From assembly GCA_963845755.1 (NCBI GenBank), contig CAWJTV010000041.1, positions 288,001-352,000 of the forward strand: DNA of 64,000 nt, given 5' to 3'. The DNA is from an uncultured Planctomycetota bacterium (GTDB taxonomy: Bacteria > Planctomycetota > Planctomycetia > Isosphaerales > Isosphaeraceae). The translations under genes and the position numbers were made by a program. Of the stretch, positions 1 through 11,947 are shown piece after piece. The notes under the pieces are model-generated. The model saw nothing but the letters and a program-made list of their open reading frames with translations, had not been told where the DNA came from and did not search any database. The first letter of the stretch is position 1. Each line of letters opens with the position of its first letter.

Positions 1-741
1 GCCGGCGCCGCCGCGAAGCTCAGTGGCGTGTCGGTGGTGTCGATGAGCTGGACCAGCGGCGTGTCGGCCGCCGATGCCGGGCTCGACAGCAACTTCATGA
101 CCCCGGCGGGAGCACCGGGCGTGACCTTCGTGGCGGCGACCGGCGACGTCGGCTCGGCCGTGACCTATCCCGCCTCGTCGCCGGACGTCCTGGCGGTCGG
201 CGGCACGACCCTGTCTCTCGGTTCGTCCGGGTCCGGCGCCTCGGAGATCGCCTTCAACGGGGCCGGTTCGGGCATCAGTCTCTATGAATCAGAACCGTTG
301 TACCAGGTTCAGATCGGGATCGATGGTGGCGGACGGTCCACGCCCGATGTCGCGTTCGACGCCAACCCCGCGACGGGCGTGGCGGTCTATGATGCCTCAC
401 CCGGCGCCGCGGGCATTCAGGGTGACCCCTGGAGCGAGATGGGTGGTACGAGCCTGGGGGCGCCTGTCTGGGCGGCCTTCATCGCGATTGCCGATGGGAT
501 GCGGGTCCGATCGGGCGGCACGGCGCTCAACGGCGCCAGCCAGACGTTGCCGGCCCTCTATCAGGCCCCCGGAACTGCCTTCCGCAAGACCGGAGCGTCC
601 GAGTACAACGCAGGGACCGGACTGGGCTCGCCGGTTGCCGGTGTGTTGATCCCGTACCTGGCCGGCTTTGGCAATCAGGGTGGATCGGGCGGCGGAGGGG
701 CGTCGAGCTTGGCGCAGAGGGTCCACCAGCGGTACGGCTAA
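1..741 (+). CDS. S53 (sedolisin/kumamolisin-like) peptidase domain protein, 5'-truncated by the window; a low-complexity tail probably continues through frame breaks to about 1092
   Basis: Motifs SMSW, FVAATGD, YPASSPDVLAVGGT, RSTPDVAFDANPATG and the catalytic Ser motif GGTSLGAPVWAA. Confidence 0.8.
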   Translation, partial: AGAAAKLSGVSVVSMSWTSGVSAADAGLDSNFMTPAGAPGVTFVAATGDVGSAVTYPASSPDVLAVGGTTLSLGSSGSGASEIAFNGAGSGISLYESEPLYQVQIGIDGGGRSTPDVAFDANPATGVAVYDASPGAAGIQGDPWSEMGGTSLGAPVWAAFIAIADGMRVRSGGTALNGASQTLPALYQAPGTAFRKTGASEYNAGTGLGSPVAGVLIPYLAGFGNQGGSGGGGASSLAQRVHQRYG

Positions 742-1462
742 CCTCCCGGCCGTCACCGCGACGCCGGCCAACCTCATCGGCTCGGTGGCTCCGCTGCCGG
801 ACCTGACAGAAGCCAGCGGCAACTCCGACAGTTCGCATTCCGCGGAACCCCGCGAACCAAACGCGGCCGGGCGCACCCGGTCGTCAAGAGACGCCGCGCC
901 ATCCGCGTCGCATCCCGGACTTCCATGACCCCGGTCACGATGTCCAGGCCGGCGGCGTCTGGTCCCGAATCGCGGGCGAACGCCGTTGACCATGTGCTGG
1001 AACAGGACGAGGGCCTCTTGACCACCCGGGATGCTTCTTCCGAGGAAGACTGGTCCTCCGTGGCCATGGCGGGCCATCGTCGGAAGAAATAGCTGACCGG
1101 CTTCTTGACAACGGCGGTACTGAGATTCCGAACTCCTTCACCGGCCGCACGAGGCGGCCGGTGAAGGAGTTCGGAAGCGGACAAACGCGCTCTTTCTCTC
1201 GCTTCGTCTCGACCGCGGTCGCCTCGTGCGGCCAAGGTGTTGCTGGCGGATTCCCAAGAGGGACTGGCTCCGAGCCTTCGAAGTGCCAGTCCCCCTTGGG
1301 AAACAGCTTGTTACGGAAGACATGGCTGTCTCGCCTAGCGGTCACTCCGAAGAGGCCGCCGATACGGACAACGATTGCGAGAGCGTGCCGGCATGCGTAC
1401 GCTGGGAATGTCCGCCGCCGGCATCCCTGGCGTGCGTGTCCGTCTTGAGCTGGTCGAGGGAG

Positions 1463-4400
1463 ATGACCGCGATGAGCGAAGGCACGATCCCGGTCCGAAG
1501 TGCGAACCCTTCGCTACCGCCTCCGATCCTCCGGGCGTTGGCACGGCTGGGCCTGCGGCTCCGCACGGCATTCCTGATCAAGGGCCTGGGCACCACCGCG
1601 TTGATCCTGGTCCTGGGAGCCGTCCTGGGCATGGCGGCCGAGTTCGTCTGGGTCTTGCCGCAGGGTTCGCGGTGGGCGATCTGGGGGATCTGGCTGATCG
1701 TGACCGGGCTGGCCTTCATCCTGACCACGTTGCGACCCCTGGTACGGCGGTTCAGCGCGTTCGACCTGGCGGCGGTGGCGGAGCAGGGACAGCCAGAGCT
1801 GGGCGAGCGCCTGACCGCAGCGGTGGCGCTGCTGGACCGTGGCATCCGTCCTCATGGCTCGCCCACCTTGATCGCCGCCCTGGCCGAGGACGCGGTCGCG
1901 AGATCCCGGGCGGTCCAGCCGGGCCGCGCCGTCTCCTGGTCGCGGGCCGTCCGGAGGCTGACGTTGGGGCTGCTCGCCGTCGGCCTGATCGCGGTTCCCG
2001 CCCGCCTCCTGCCGGAATCGTACGGGAGGATCGCCCGGCGGTTCCTCATGCCCTGGGCCGACCTCGACCGTGTGGGCCGGTTCGTCGTGACCATCGCGCC
2101 GGGCGATCATGTCCTGGCCACCGGCACCGACCTGACCGTCTCGGCGCGCGTCCGCCCGTGGTTCGGCATCGACACCACGCCGGATGCGGCCTGGCTGGAA
2201 TGGACCGCCGAAGGGGATGCCAGCCCACAGCGAGTTGCCATGCCGGCGGCGACGGAATCGGATCCGACGGCTCCGTCCGACACCTCGGCTCGCCGGTTCG
2301 CTCTGACGCTGCCCAGGCTGGTGCGTTCGATGACGTACCGGGTGATTTGTGGCGGGTCGTCGAGCCCACGTTATCGGATCACGGCGCTCGAGCCGCCGGC
2401 AGTCGCGACGATCACGGCCCGGGTCGAGCCGCCGCCCTATACCCGGCGAGCCGCAGCGATCGCCCGCGATCCGGCCCGGATCGACGCTTTCGAGGGGAGC
2501 CGGGTCACGCTCGACGTCACGCCGACCCGGCCCGTCCGCTCCCTCGAGATCGATTGGCCGCAGCCGGCGGGCGCGTTGCCGGTGCGCATCGCGGCGACCC
2601 TGCCCGACAGCGGCCGCAACGGCTCGGCGACCCTCGTGGCCGAGGCGTCCGGGTCCTACTCCCTGGCCCTGCGCGACGAGCACGGGATCGCCAACGCTCC
2701 CGAGCCTCCGCGCCGGGTGGTCGTCCACCCGGACGCTCCGCCGACGGTCACGTTGCCGGGGATCGATCTGGAGCAAGTCGCCGCCCCGGACGACCGGCTC
2801 GCACTCGGCTTCGCGGTGCGCGATGACGTTGCAGTCGCCTCGGTCGAGCTCCACTACGCCATCCGTCGCGACGGCTCGGCCGATGCCGAAGGCGAAGGGG
2901 AGAAGGGCCAGGTCGCCGTCGAGGTGGCCGGCCTGGGCACGCCATCGGTCCGAGGCGTGGCCATGCTGGCGTTATCCCCGTTACGGCTCGTGCCCGGTCA
3001 CATCCTGGCATACCGGCTCCGGGTCGCCGATAATCGGCCCGGGCCCCGGGGACCGAACGTCACCTGGTCGCTCCTGCATAGGGTCGCGATCGTCGCCGAT
3101 GCCGAACCGTTCCGAAAGCGCCTGAGCCGCCTGCGGCGCGAGTCGGTCGGGGCGAAGGTTGAGGCCCTGCGCAAGGCCGCCGCCGCCAATCGTCAGGATG
3201 TGGAACGGCTGCGCGAAGCCGCGGAGGCAGCCCGGCGTGGCGAGAGCCCATGGGACAAGACAGCCCAGAAGGCCGTTGAACGGGGCGAGGCCGGCACGCG
3301 CGACCTGATCGATCGCCTGGAGCTCCTCGCCCGCGAGTTCGATCGCGATCCGCGACACCAGTCGCTGGCCCGGCCCCTCCGCCAGACCGCCGAGCTCGAG
3401 GCCGAGTCCGCCCGCGCCCTGCTCGAACGCCTGCGCCAGGATGAGGATCCGGACCATCGTCCCGCTGCGCTCGAGCAGGCGCGCGACCGGCTCGCCGCCG
3501 TGGGCGACCGCCTGGGAGAACTCCGTCGTAAGTTGAATGAACGCGACCCGGATGAAGCGCACCTGGACCGGCTCTATACGCTGGCCCAGCGTCAGCAGCA
3601 GATGGCCAATGAAGCCGGGAACCTCAGCGACCGCGCCCAGCTCGATCGGCTCCAGGCCGGGCAGAACACCGTGCGCAACCAGCTCGATGGCCTGATCCGT
3701 GAGACTCCCGATCTGCGCGGCGCGTTCCTGCAGGTCGAGAGCCGGGAGGCCGATCGGCTGGCCCGTGAGGCCCACGCCCTGGCCGACCGCCAGCGCGAAG
3801 AATCCCGACGAGCCGCCGAGCCATCCCGGCACGCGCCCGAGCTCCGGGCGCTGGCCCAGGCCCAGCGCGCCCTCGAGGACGATGCCCGGCGCCTGGCCCT
3901 GGAAGTCGATCGTCCGCTGGCCGAGAATGGCCGGTCCCGGCTCAACATCGACAAGATCCTCCAGCCCATCGAGCCGCTCGAGCATGGGGACATCGACCAG
4001 GCCCGCCAGCGGCTCGACGGTGCCGAGTACGAGCTACGGCGGCTCGCCCAGGACCTCGAGGACGTGCCGTCCGATCCCAGGGCGCTGGCCGGCCGTCTGG
4101 CACGGCGCCAGGAGGCCCTCAATCGCGAGATCGACGAGGCCCTCCGTTCACGCCGGGACCAGGACAAGCTGAGCGCCGAGGAGAAAGCGGCGCTCGTTGC
4201 CCGCAGAGAGTCCCTCGCCCGTCGCGAGGAGGCGATCGTCGGGCTGGCCCGGACGATCCAGCCCCCGCAGGGCCAGGAAGGACGGAATCGGTTCCCCCAC
4301 GAAGCCGCACGCGAGGCCGTGAACAAGACATCGCGCGCCGTCGAGGCGCTGAAGCACCTCGGTCCGCAAGCGATCGGTGAGGCCCGGAACGAGGCGCGTC

Positions 4401-6435
4401 AGCGCTGGGACGGTTGGCGAACGACCTGCCGGACGCCGGGCGCCGTCAGGAGCCGACCCGCCAGAAGTTCGTCGAGGCGCGGCGGTTGACGAACGAGCTA
4501 TTCGGCCAGATCGCCCAGCACCTCCGCGAGACCGAGCCCCGTGCGGACAAGCCGGCGACCATGGCCCAGGTGGCCGAAGAGCTGGCCCGACGCCTCGGCG
4601 ATGCTGCGGACCGCCAGAGCCGGGCGATCGCCGCGCTCCGGGAGATGGAGCCCTCGCCAGGCCTCGAGCCGCAACGTGCCCGCGCCGTCGGCCGTGCCTC
4701 GGAGCTGTCCCGCGCGTTGAAGGACCTGCGCGATCCCTCGAAGCGCGAAGCGGCGCGGGCGGCCCTCCCCCTGGCCACGATCCGCGCACGCGCCGCCATG
4801 GACCGCCTGGAGGAGAAGCTCAACGGCCGCGTTCCCGCCGACGACCTGGCGGCCGAGCTGGCAGGCGATCAGCTCGAGGTCCAGGCCGCGGTCGCCCGCT
4901 CTTCGGGAAACCCGGCCGCGGCCGCCGGTGAACGCGCCGGGGCGGCCGAGGATCAGCGCCGTCTGGCCAACGCGCTGCGGAACCTCAAGGCTCCTGACGC
5001 GGTGCTGGCGCAGGCGGAGGCCGTGCGGCTCGCCGAGCGCGCCGCCCACGCCCTGGCCGATCCCGACACGAAGGATGCTGCCGCGGCCGTCCCTGCGGCC
5101 GTCGAGGCCGCGACCCACCTGGCCGACCGTCTGGCGGACCGTCCGTCACCGCAGGCGGAGGCCGCCGCGCTGGCCCGCGCCGAGCGCGCCCTGAATGACC
5201 CCGAGGCCCTGACCGACCCGGCCCGGTCCCTGGGCCGCCAGCGCGCCGTCGCCGCCGAGCTGGCCCGCCTGCCTCTGGATCACAAGGACGAGGCCGCGGC
5301 GCGAGTCCAGCACGCCGCCGAGCTGGCGGAACGCGCCGTCCTGTTCGACGACGATCGTGCCGGCGGGGGTCGGCCGGCTCCCGCCGAGCTGGCCGATGCC
5401 CAGGCTCGTGCCGCCGGAGCCCTCGAGGCGCTCGCCGCCGGTCCCTCCCGGCCCGGCCCGGCCCAGCAGGCTGCCAGGGTCGGCCCGCCCATACCCGCCG
5501 ATCCCGAGTTGGCTCTGAACCCGGGGCAGGTCGCGACCGCGAAGGACCTCGTCCGTCGCCAGCGGCAGATCCGGGAACGCGTGCAGGCGGTCCTCGGCCG
5601 GCACGTCGAGCCGCAGCAGAAGGCCCGCCGCGAGGCCGTCGCCCTGGGAGGTGCGCTCCGCGACCTGAGCGATCGGATTCGACCGCTCGGAGAGCGAAGC
5701 ATGTATCCCGCCGTCGAAGCCGCTCGGCACCTCCGCAACTATGCCCCGGCGGCCATGGACCAGGCGACCGAACGCCTGGCGCAAGGACAGCCGCCTTACG
5801 CCCGCGACGCCCAGCGCCGGGCCTCCGACATGGTCGAGCGGGGCGCGCAAATCGCCGAGGACATGGCTGCGGCACTCCGCGCCGAACTCCAGGCGGCCCG
5901 AGACGCGGCGCGCATCGGGGCCCCGGTCCCGGGCGACACACCTCCCGATGGGAATCCGCCGCTGGGCGCGGCGCGCGCGGCGATCCTCCGGGCCGCCAGC
6001 CGGCTCGTCCAGGCCCGCCGACCTGACCAGGCGGTGCAGGCCGGACCGGCCGCTCGCGAGGCCATGCGCGAGGCCGCCCGCGATCTTATGGCCGCCGCGC
6101 AGGCCGAGGAGGCGCGCCTCGCCAGATCGTCGCTCCCGGCCGATGAGATGGCCGAAGCCGAGCCCAATGCCGAGCCATCGCCGACCGAGCCCAGCGGCTC
6201 TCCGCGCGATCCCCAGAGTCGACCCGGCCGCCAGGCCGATGTGGATCTGGCCGAGTTCAAGGAATCCATCCGGCGCAAGACCGGGCGGGCCTGGGGCGAG
6301 CTTCCCGGCCACCTCCGGACCGAGATCCTCCAGTCGTCGCATGGGCGTTATCGCGAGGATTACGCACGACTCATCCAGCTCTACTTCCGCGAGATCGCCG
6401 CGGGAGCCGCCAAGGAATCACCGGCAGAACCGTAG
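1463..6435 (+). CDS. Large membrane-anchored coiled-coil protein (DUF4175-like), frame break near 4405
   Basis: N-terminal TM helices, VEPPPYT Ig-like region, long Q/E/R/A coiled coil, C-terminal WGELPGHLRTEILQ...YARLIQLYFREIA; ORFs 1226..4489 and 4414..6435 join. Confidence 0.7.
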
Positions 6436-6489
6436 GTCAGGCTTTCCAGCCTGACAGAATCGGGCGTCAGGTTGGAAAGCCTGACCTAC
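6432..6489. repeat. GTAG-type REP-like palindrome doublet
   Basis: gtaggtcaggctttccagcctgac ... gtcaggttggaaagcctgacctac inverted arms; includes the upstream stop codon. Confidence 0.75.
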
Positions 6490-6502
6490 TGAGGACACGC
6501 TG

Positions 6503-7531
6503 TTGAAGACGTTCGTAACGCTGCTCCTGGCCGCGACCCTGATCCGTCCGCTGCCGATGCACGCGGCCGAGCCGGCGTCCCTGTCCGATGCCGCGATCTA
6601 CCGGGCGCTCGAGTATCTCCGATCGGCCCAGCGGCCCGACGGTGCGTGGGACTCGGGCAACTTCGGCCCGGCGACGTCGGTCACATCGCTCGCGGTGATG
6701 GCGTTCCTGGCCGCGGGTCACGTGCCCGGCGAGCCCGGCCCGTATCGCGAGTCGATTGAACGGGGAATCCGATACGTCCTGGACCACCAGCGTCCCAATG
6801 GCGTGATCGCCTCCCGCTCGAGCAACGGCCCGATGTACTGCCACGGCATCAGCACGCTCATGCTCGCCGAGGTCGTCGGCATGATCGACGATCCCGAGGT
6901 CGCCGGCCAGCTCCGGACCACGCTGGTCCGTGCGGTCAAGCTGATCCTGGCGGCGCAGGACCGCCCCAAGAATCGCAATCACGCGGGCGGCTGGCGCTAC
7001 CAGCCGACCAGCGACGACAGCGATATCAGCGTCAGTGGCTGGCAGCTCATGGCCCTCCGCGCCGCCCGGTCCGCCGGCTGCGAGGTGCCTTCCGAGAACA
7101 TCGATCGCGCCGTCGGCTACCTCAAGCGCTGTGCCGTGCGCGAGGGCGGCTTCGGCTACCAGCCCGGCGGCGGGCCGAATAATCCCCGCACGGGGACCGG
7201 CATCCTCGCCCTGGAGATCTGCGGCGAGCATTTCACCAAGGAGGCCGTCGCCGGCGCCGAGTACTTGCTCAAGCACCCGCCTCGGTGGTCCAGCACGTCC
7301 TTCTTCTACGAGGTGTATTACGCCGCGATCGCCATGTTCCAGATGGGTGACAAGTACTTCCTCTCCTATTATCCCAAGCTCGTCGCGATCCTGCTCGCCC
7401 ATCAGGGCAACGACGGGAGCTGGCTCTCCGACGACGGCCACGACCGCACCGGCGGCCGGAACTACTGCACGGCCATGGCGGTCCTCGCGTTGTCGGTGGA
7501 ATATCGCTATCTGCCGATTTACCAGAGATAA
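6503..7531 (+). CDS. Prenyltransferase/squalene-oxidase repeat protein
   Basis: Signal peptide; QRPDGAW, QRPNG, GGWRYQP, DSDISVSGWQLMAL, QGNDGSW repeats; ends YLPIYQR. Confidence 0.85.
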   Translation: MKTFVTLLLAATLIRPLPMHAAEPASLSDAAIYRALEYLRSAQRPDGAWDSGNFGPATSVTSLAVMAFLAAGHVPGEPGPYRESIERGIRYVLDHQRPNGVIASRSSNGPMYCHGISTLMLAEVVGMIDDPEVAGQLRTTLVRAVKLILAAQDRPKNRNHAGGWRYQPTSDDSDISVSGWQLMALRAARSAGCEVPSENIDRAVGYLKRCAVREGGFGYQPGGGPNNPRTGTGILALEICGEHFTKEAVAGAEYLLKHPPRWSSTSFFYEVYYAAIAMFQMGDKYFLSYYPKLVAILLAHQGNDGSWLSDDGHDRTGGRNYCTAMAVLALSVEYRYLPIYQR

Positions 7532-7579
7532 TCGATCTCCGGGCTCCTTCCTTTCCAACCCGCCCAGCCGAGCCAGGAG

Positions 7580-9653
7580 ATGACCATGACGCTGTTGCCC
7601 TCCGCAATTCCTGTGGACGATCACAAGACGGATGAGCCGGCACCGCGCCGGTTCAGGGCTCACCTTCGTGTGTCCCTCGCGGCGGCCATCGCCACCGCGA
7701 TCGTGGCGATGGCCATGCTGAGCGGACACGGGAGGTCCGCCCGAGGCGATGACAAGGGCTCATCGAAACCCGGGACTTCCGCGCCGGCGGCGGGGTCTTA
7801 CTGGGCGTTTATCTCGATGATCGACCGCGTACTGAAAAGCAACGACGACCGGCTGATCGAGCTCGTGAAGTCCGTCCTCGGGAACGGGGAGGCTCCCAAT
7901 CCGGGTTCGGATGAGCTCCCGGCCGTCGACCTTCAGGTCGAATCGGCCGAGGCCCGCTACAAGAGCGCCAAGCTCGATCGCGAGGCCGCCAAGCTCGCCC
8001 TGCGCGAATACGACAAAGGGACCTTCGTCCGGGAGCAAGCGATTGAAGAATCCGAGATCCAGTGTGCCCGGAACAAGTTGGAGGCGCGCGGAAAGCGGTC
8101 CCGGAAGCCAAGGAACGACTCGCCCACATCAGGGCGTTCTTGAAGAATGAGTCTGCCCTCGCGCTCAACGTCGAATACGAGTACATCGACCGCGTCGCTG
8201 CTGCCGAGTTGCTTGGAAGTAAGAGCGACGCTCGAGCTGGAACAGGCCGAAAGCAAGAAAAAGATACTGGAACAATACGTTAGGGGCAAGACCATCAAGG
8301 AGCTCATGAGCGAAGCTATTAAGGCCAGTTCCGAGGAGCTGGCCGGGCAAGCGACCTGGGAGCTGGAGAAAGGCAAACGCGCCGCGGTCGAACAGGATGA
8401 CAAAGCGACCTGAACTGACTGATGTCGAGAAGCACATCCTTTCGCTCGTCATGCAGGCGTTTTCGATCCAGGACGCGATCGAGGCGAAGCGGGGCCAGCT
8501 CGTCAAGGGAGGGAAAACCGACGAGTCACTCCAGGCGGCGCTCCGCGATCTGACCAACCAGTTCGAAGGGCTCGTGGACCAGGCGGCGATCGAACAGGGA
8601 TCGGCGCGGATCGCCAGGTTGAAACGGGAAATCCGCACAGGTGCCCGTTTTCCCGCCCCGCGAACCGGAGCGGTCGGGATTCTCGCCAGGATCCTGGACC
8701 GATCCGCGAAACCGACCCTGGGCGAGGAAACGCCGCGATCCCAGCCGGAAATCCCGACGCCCGAACTGACGTCCCACTCACCGGCCGCCACGCAGACCCA
8801 GCCGTCCTTGGACGAGATCTCGGAGCGCCTGATCGGCCTGGCCGGGCGCGTCCTGAAAGCTCCCGCGTCCGGCCAGGATCCTCGAGATCAGCTCATGACA
8901 CAGATGATCGGCGCTGCATCCGCCGAGACCGAGTACAAGAATGCCAAGTTAGTCCGTGAGGTCGCCGAGATCAAAGTCATCGAAAACACCGAAGGGGTTT
9001 TTCGTCAGGATCAGGCGACGGCGGACGGCGAGATCGTCCTCGCTCGCTCTGACATTCCTCGTGCTCAGGAACAGGCCCAGAACGCGAAAGACCGGCTCGC
9101 GCGCATCACGGCGCTCTCGGGAAACTCCCTTTCGGACCTCAGGCTCGTTCAATTCTACGCCGACCAGGTTGCTGCGGCCGAATTGAGGGAACGCAACGCC
9201 GAGGCGAGGGACACTCTCAAGCAGGCCGAAGCGAAGAAGATGATTCTGGCCAATTACACCCAGCCGAAACGGAAGAAGCAACTCGAGGCCGAAGTCGAGA
9301 AGTCCCGTGCCGAGGAGCTGGCCAAGCAGGCGGTGTGGGAGTCCGCGAAAACCCGGGAAGCTCGCCTGAGGAAGGCGATTCAACGACCGACGTCGGACAA
9401 CAACACCAAGCGGATCCTCGCCCTCATCGAGCGGGCGATCCCGATCGAGGAGCAACTCTATGGAAAAGCCATTCAGATCGCGAAGGGACAGCGAATCAAC
9501 GACCTGCTCAGCAAAGAAATCCATGATCTTACATATGAATTGATGGCCATTGTTGACGAAGGGGAAGCCCTGTGGTCGGCAGGCGAGCTTATCCGGTTGA
9601 AGCCGCGCGTCGAAGCGGCCATTCGTCCCGCCAACCCGGCGTCAGCGAAGTGA
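7580..9653 (+). CDS. Membrane-anchored coiled-coil protein with two HlyD-like alpha-hairpin modules (paralog A; frame breaks near 8090, 8215 and 8395)
   Basis: ORF pieces 7580..8143, 8062..8283, 8147..8413 and 8397..9653 align end to end with intact paralog 9845..11905; motifs AKLVREVAEI and EELAKQAVWE. Confidence 0.65.
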
Positions 9654-9844
9654 CGAAAGTGATCACGGGGCAGGCCCTCCTTTCGGCGCGGTGCGGTGGC
9701 TGGAGTGGGCGGCCCGCTGGGCCGACGCACCCAGGAGAGCCCCGATCTGCCGGTTGCGTTGCGACCGACTCGATTTATCAGCGATAATCAATCTCTGGGC
9801 TCCGGCTTCCTCTCAAACCCGCCAGGCCGAACAAGGAGATCACC

Positions 9845-11905
9845 ATGACGCTGTCACTCGCCTCGACTACCGTTGACGATTGGAACACCGAAGCGTCGGT
9901 TCCGCGCCGGTCCAGGGCTCGTCTTAGCGTGTCCCTCGCAGCGGCCATCGCCACCGCGATCGTGGCGCTCGGCCTGATGAGCGGACCGGGAAAGCCTGCC
10001 CGCGGCGATGACAAGGACCCATCGAAACCCGGGGCTTCCGTGCCGGACCCGCGGTCTTACCAGGCGTTCATCTCGGAGATCCAGCGAATTCTGACGAGGA
10101 ACGAAGATCGGCTGATCGAGATCGTGAACCCCATCCTCGATAACGCGGAGGCTTCCGATCGCATCCGGACTGAAATCGTCAGCCTCGAACTTCAGGTCCG
10201 ATCGGCCGAGGCCCGACTCCATAGTGCCAATCTCGACCGCGAGGTTGCCGAGCTCACCCTGGATGAATACCAGAAAGTGGCCTCTGCCCAGGAAAAGGTG
10301 GCTGTGGAAACCGAGCTCAAGCGCGCCACTGACAGGTTGGAGAGAGCTCGGAAAGCGGTCTCGGAAGCGATGGACCGACTCGCCCAGATCCGTGCGCTCA
10401 TGAAGAAGGAGTCCGCCTCCGATAAGGACATGGAGAACAACTACACCTTCCGCGTCACGACGGCCCAGTTCGAGGAGAGAAGGGCGGAGGCGGCGGTGGT
10501 GGAAGCCGAGGTCAAGAAGAATGGATTCCTCCATCCCCGATGGAAGCAGCGCCTTCGCGACCTTCGCGCCGAGATCGAGAAGGCACGTGCCGAGGAACTG
10601 GCCAAGCAAGCGAGCTGGGAACTGGCGAAAGGTCGACTCGATCAAGCGAAGAAGTCGCTCAAACGGGCGGGGCTGACTGAGGTCCAGAGGTATCTCCTCG
10701 CTCTGGTTCAACAAGCGTTTCCGATCCAGGACGCGATCGAAGCGAAGCGGGATCAGCTCGCCGGAGGCGGTAAACCCGACGAGTCGCTCCAGACGGCGCT
10801 TCGAGACCTGACCAACCAGCTCGAGTCGCTCGGGGAGCAGGTGGGGTTGGAACAGGCGGGGGCACGATTCGCCAACCTCAAACCCCAGGTCCATTGGGCT
10901 GCTCGCCCCTCGCCTTCACGAACCGGATTGTTCGGGTTTCTTCGGGCCGCCAACCCGAATAAGCCGTCGAAGCCCGCCCTCGACGATGAAAAGACTCGAT
11001 CCCAGCCAGGGGCTCCGGCGCCCGAGAAGGCGTCACACCAACGGCTTGGTGCCGAAGCCCAGCAGCCTTTGAACGCCGTCTACGATCGGCTGATCGGCCT
11101 CGCCGAGCGGGTCTTGAAGGATCCTACCCAGGGGCAGCTTCAGGATCAACTTGTCAATCAGCGGATCGAGACCGAATCTGCCAAGGCCAGCTATCAGACC
11201 TCCAAACTGACCCGCGAGGTCGCCGAAATCGCCATAACCGAATACACGGGCGGGATCTTTCCGTCGGATCTGGCGACGGTGGAAATGGAAATCATCCCCG
11301 CTCATTCGGACCTGCAACGGGGTCGGGATATCGTCGAGTTCGCGAAGGACCAACTCGCACGGAGCAAGGAACGCGCGGCCAAATCTGTCTTGGACCTCCA
11401 TCGCCAATACTTCTATGCCGACGCGGTTGCCGAGGCGGAGCAGGAGGACCGCAAGCGCGCTGACCTGCTCGAGCAGTTCGAAGCCAAGAAGAAGCTCCTG
11501 CTCGTATACACCAAGCCGAAACGGCTGAAGGAACTTCAGATCGAGGTCGAAAAGGCCTGCGCCACCGAACTGGCCAACCAGGCGAAATGGGAAATCGCGA
11601 AGGCCCGGGAAGCTCGCCTGGAGAAGATGATCCATCGGGAAGATCCGGCCGAGGACCACCGGCGAGTCCTCGCCCTCATCGAAAGGGCGATCCCAATCGA
11701 GGAGCAAATCCGCGCGAAGCTCCCAAAGCTCGCGAAAGCGGAGAAACCCGACGACCTACCCCACAAGGAAATCGAAGATCTGACGAATGAACTGAGGGCC
11801 ATTGTCGACCAGGGGGAAGCGGTGCAGTCGGCGGGCGAGTTCGCCGGGCTGAAACCACGGATCGAAGAAGCCATTCGCCGGACGAACTCGGCGGCAGCGA
11901 AGTAA
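9845..11905 (+). CDS. Membrane-anchored coiled-coil protein with two HlyD-like alpha-hairpin modules (paralog B)
   Basis: TM segment LAAAIATAIVALGL; module repeated (SANLDREVAE...EELAKQASWE and TSKLTREVAEIAITEY...YTKPKRLKEL...ELANQAKWE); RBS aggag. Confidence 0.7.
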   Translation: MTLSLASTTVDDWNTEASVPRRSRARLSVSLAAAIATAIVALGLMSGPGKPARGDDKDPSKPGASVPDPRSYQAFISEIQRILTRNEDRLIEIVNPILDNAEASDRIRTEIVSLELQVRSAEARLHSANLDREVAELTLDEYQKVASAQEKVAVETELKRATDRLERARKAVSEAMDRLAQIRALMKKESASDKDMENNYTFRVTTAQFEERRAEAAVVEAEVKKNGFLHPRWKQRLRDLRAEIEKARAEELAKQASWELAKGRLDQAKKSLKRAGLTEVQRYLLALVQQAFPIQDAIEAKRDQLAGGGKPDESLQTALRDLTNQLESLGEQVGLEQAGARFANLKPQVHWAARPSPSRTGLFGFLRAANPNKPSKPALDDEKTRSQPGAPAPEKASHQRLGAEAQQPLNAVYDRLIGLAERVLKDPTQGQLQDQLVNQRIETESAKASYQTSKLTREVAEIAITEYTGGIFPSDLATVEMEIIPAHSDLQRGRDIVEFAKDQLARSKERAAKSVLDLHRQYFYADAVAEAEQEDRKRADLLEQFEAKKKLLLVYTKPKRLKELQIEVEKACATELANQAKWEIAKAREARLEKMIHREDPAEDHRRVLALIERAIPIEEQIRAKLPKLAKAEKPDDLPHKEIEDLTNELRAIVDQGEAVQSAGEFAGLKPRIEEAIRRTNSAAAK

Positions 11906-11947
11906 CGAAAGCCAACGCGGGACAACGGGCGGTGGGAGATCTCGAGG

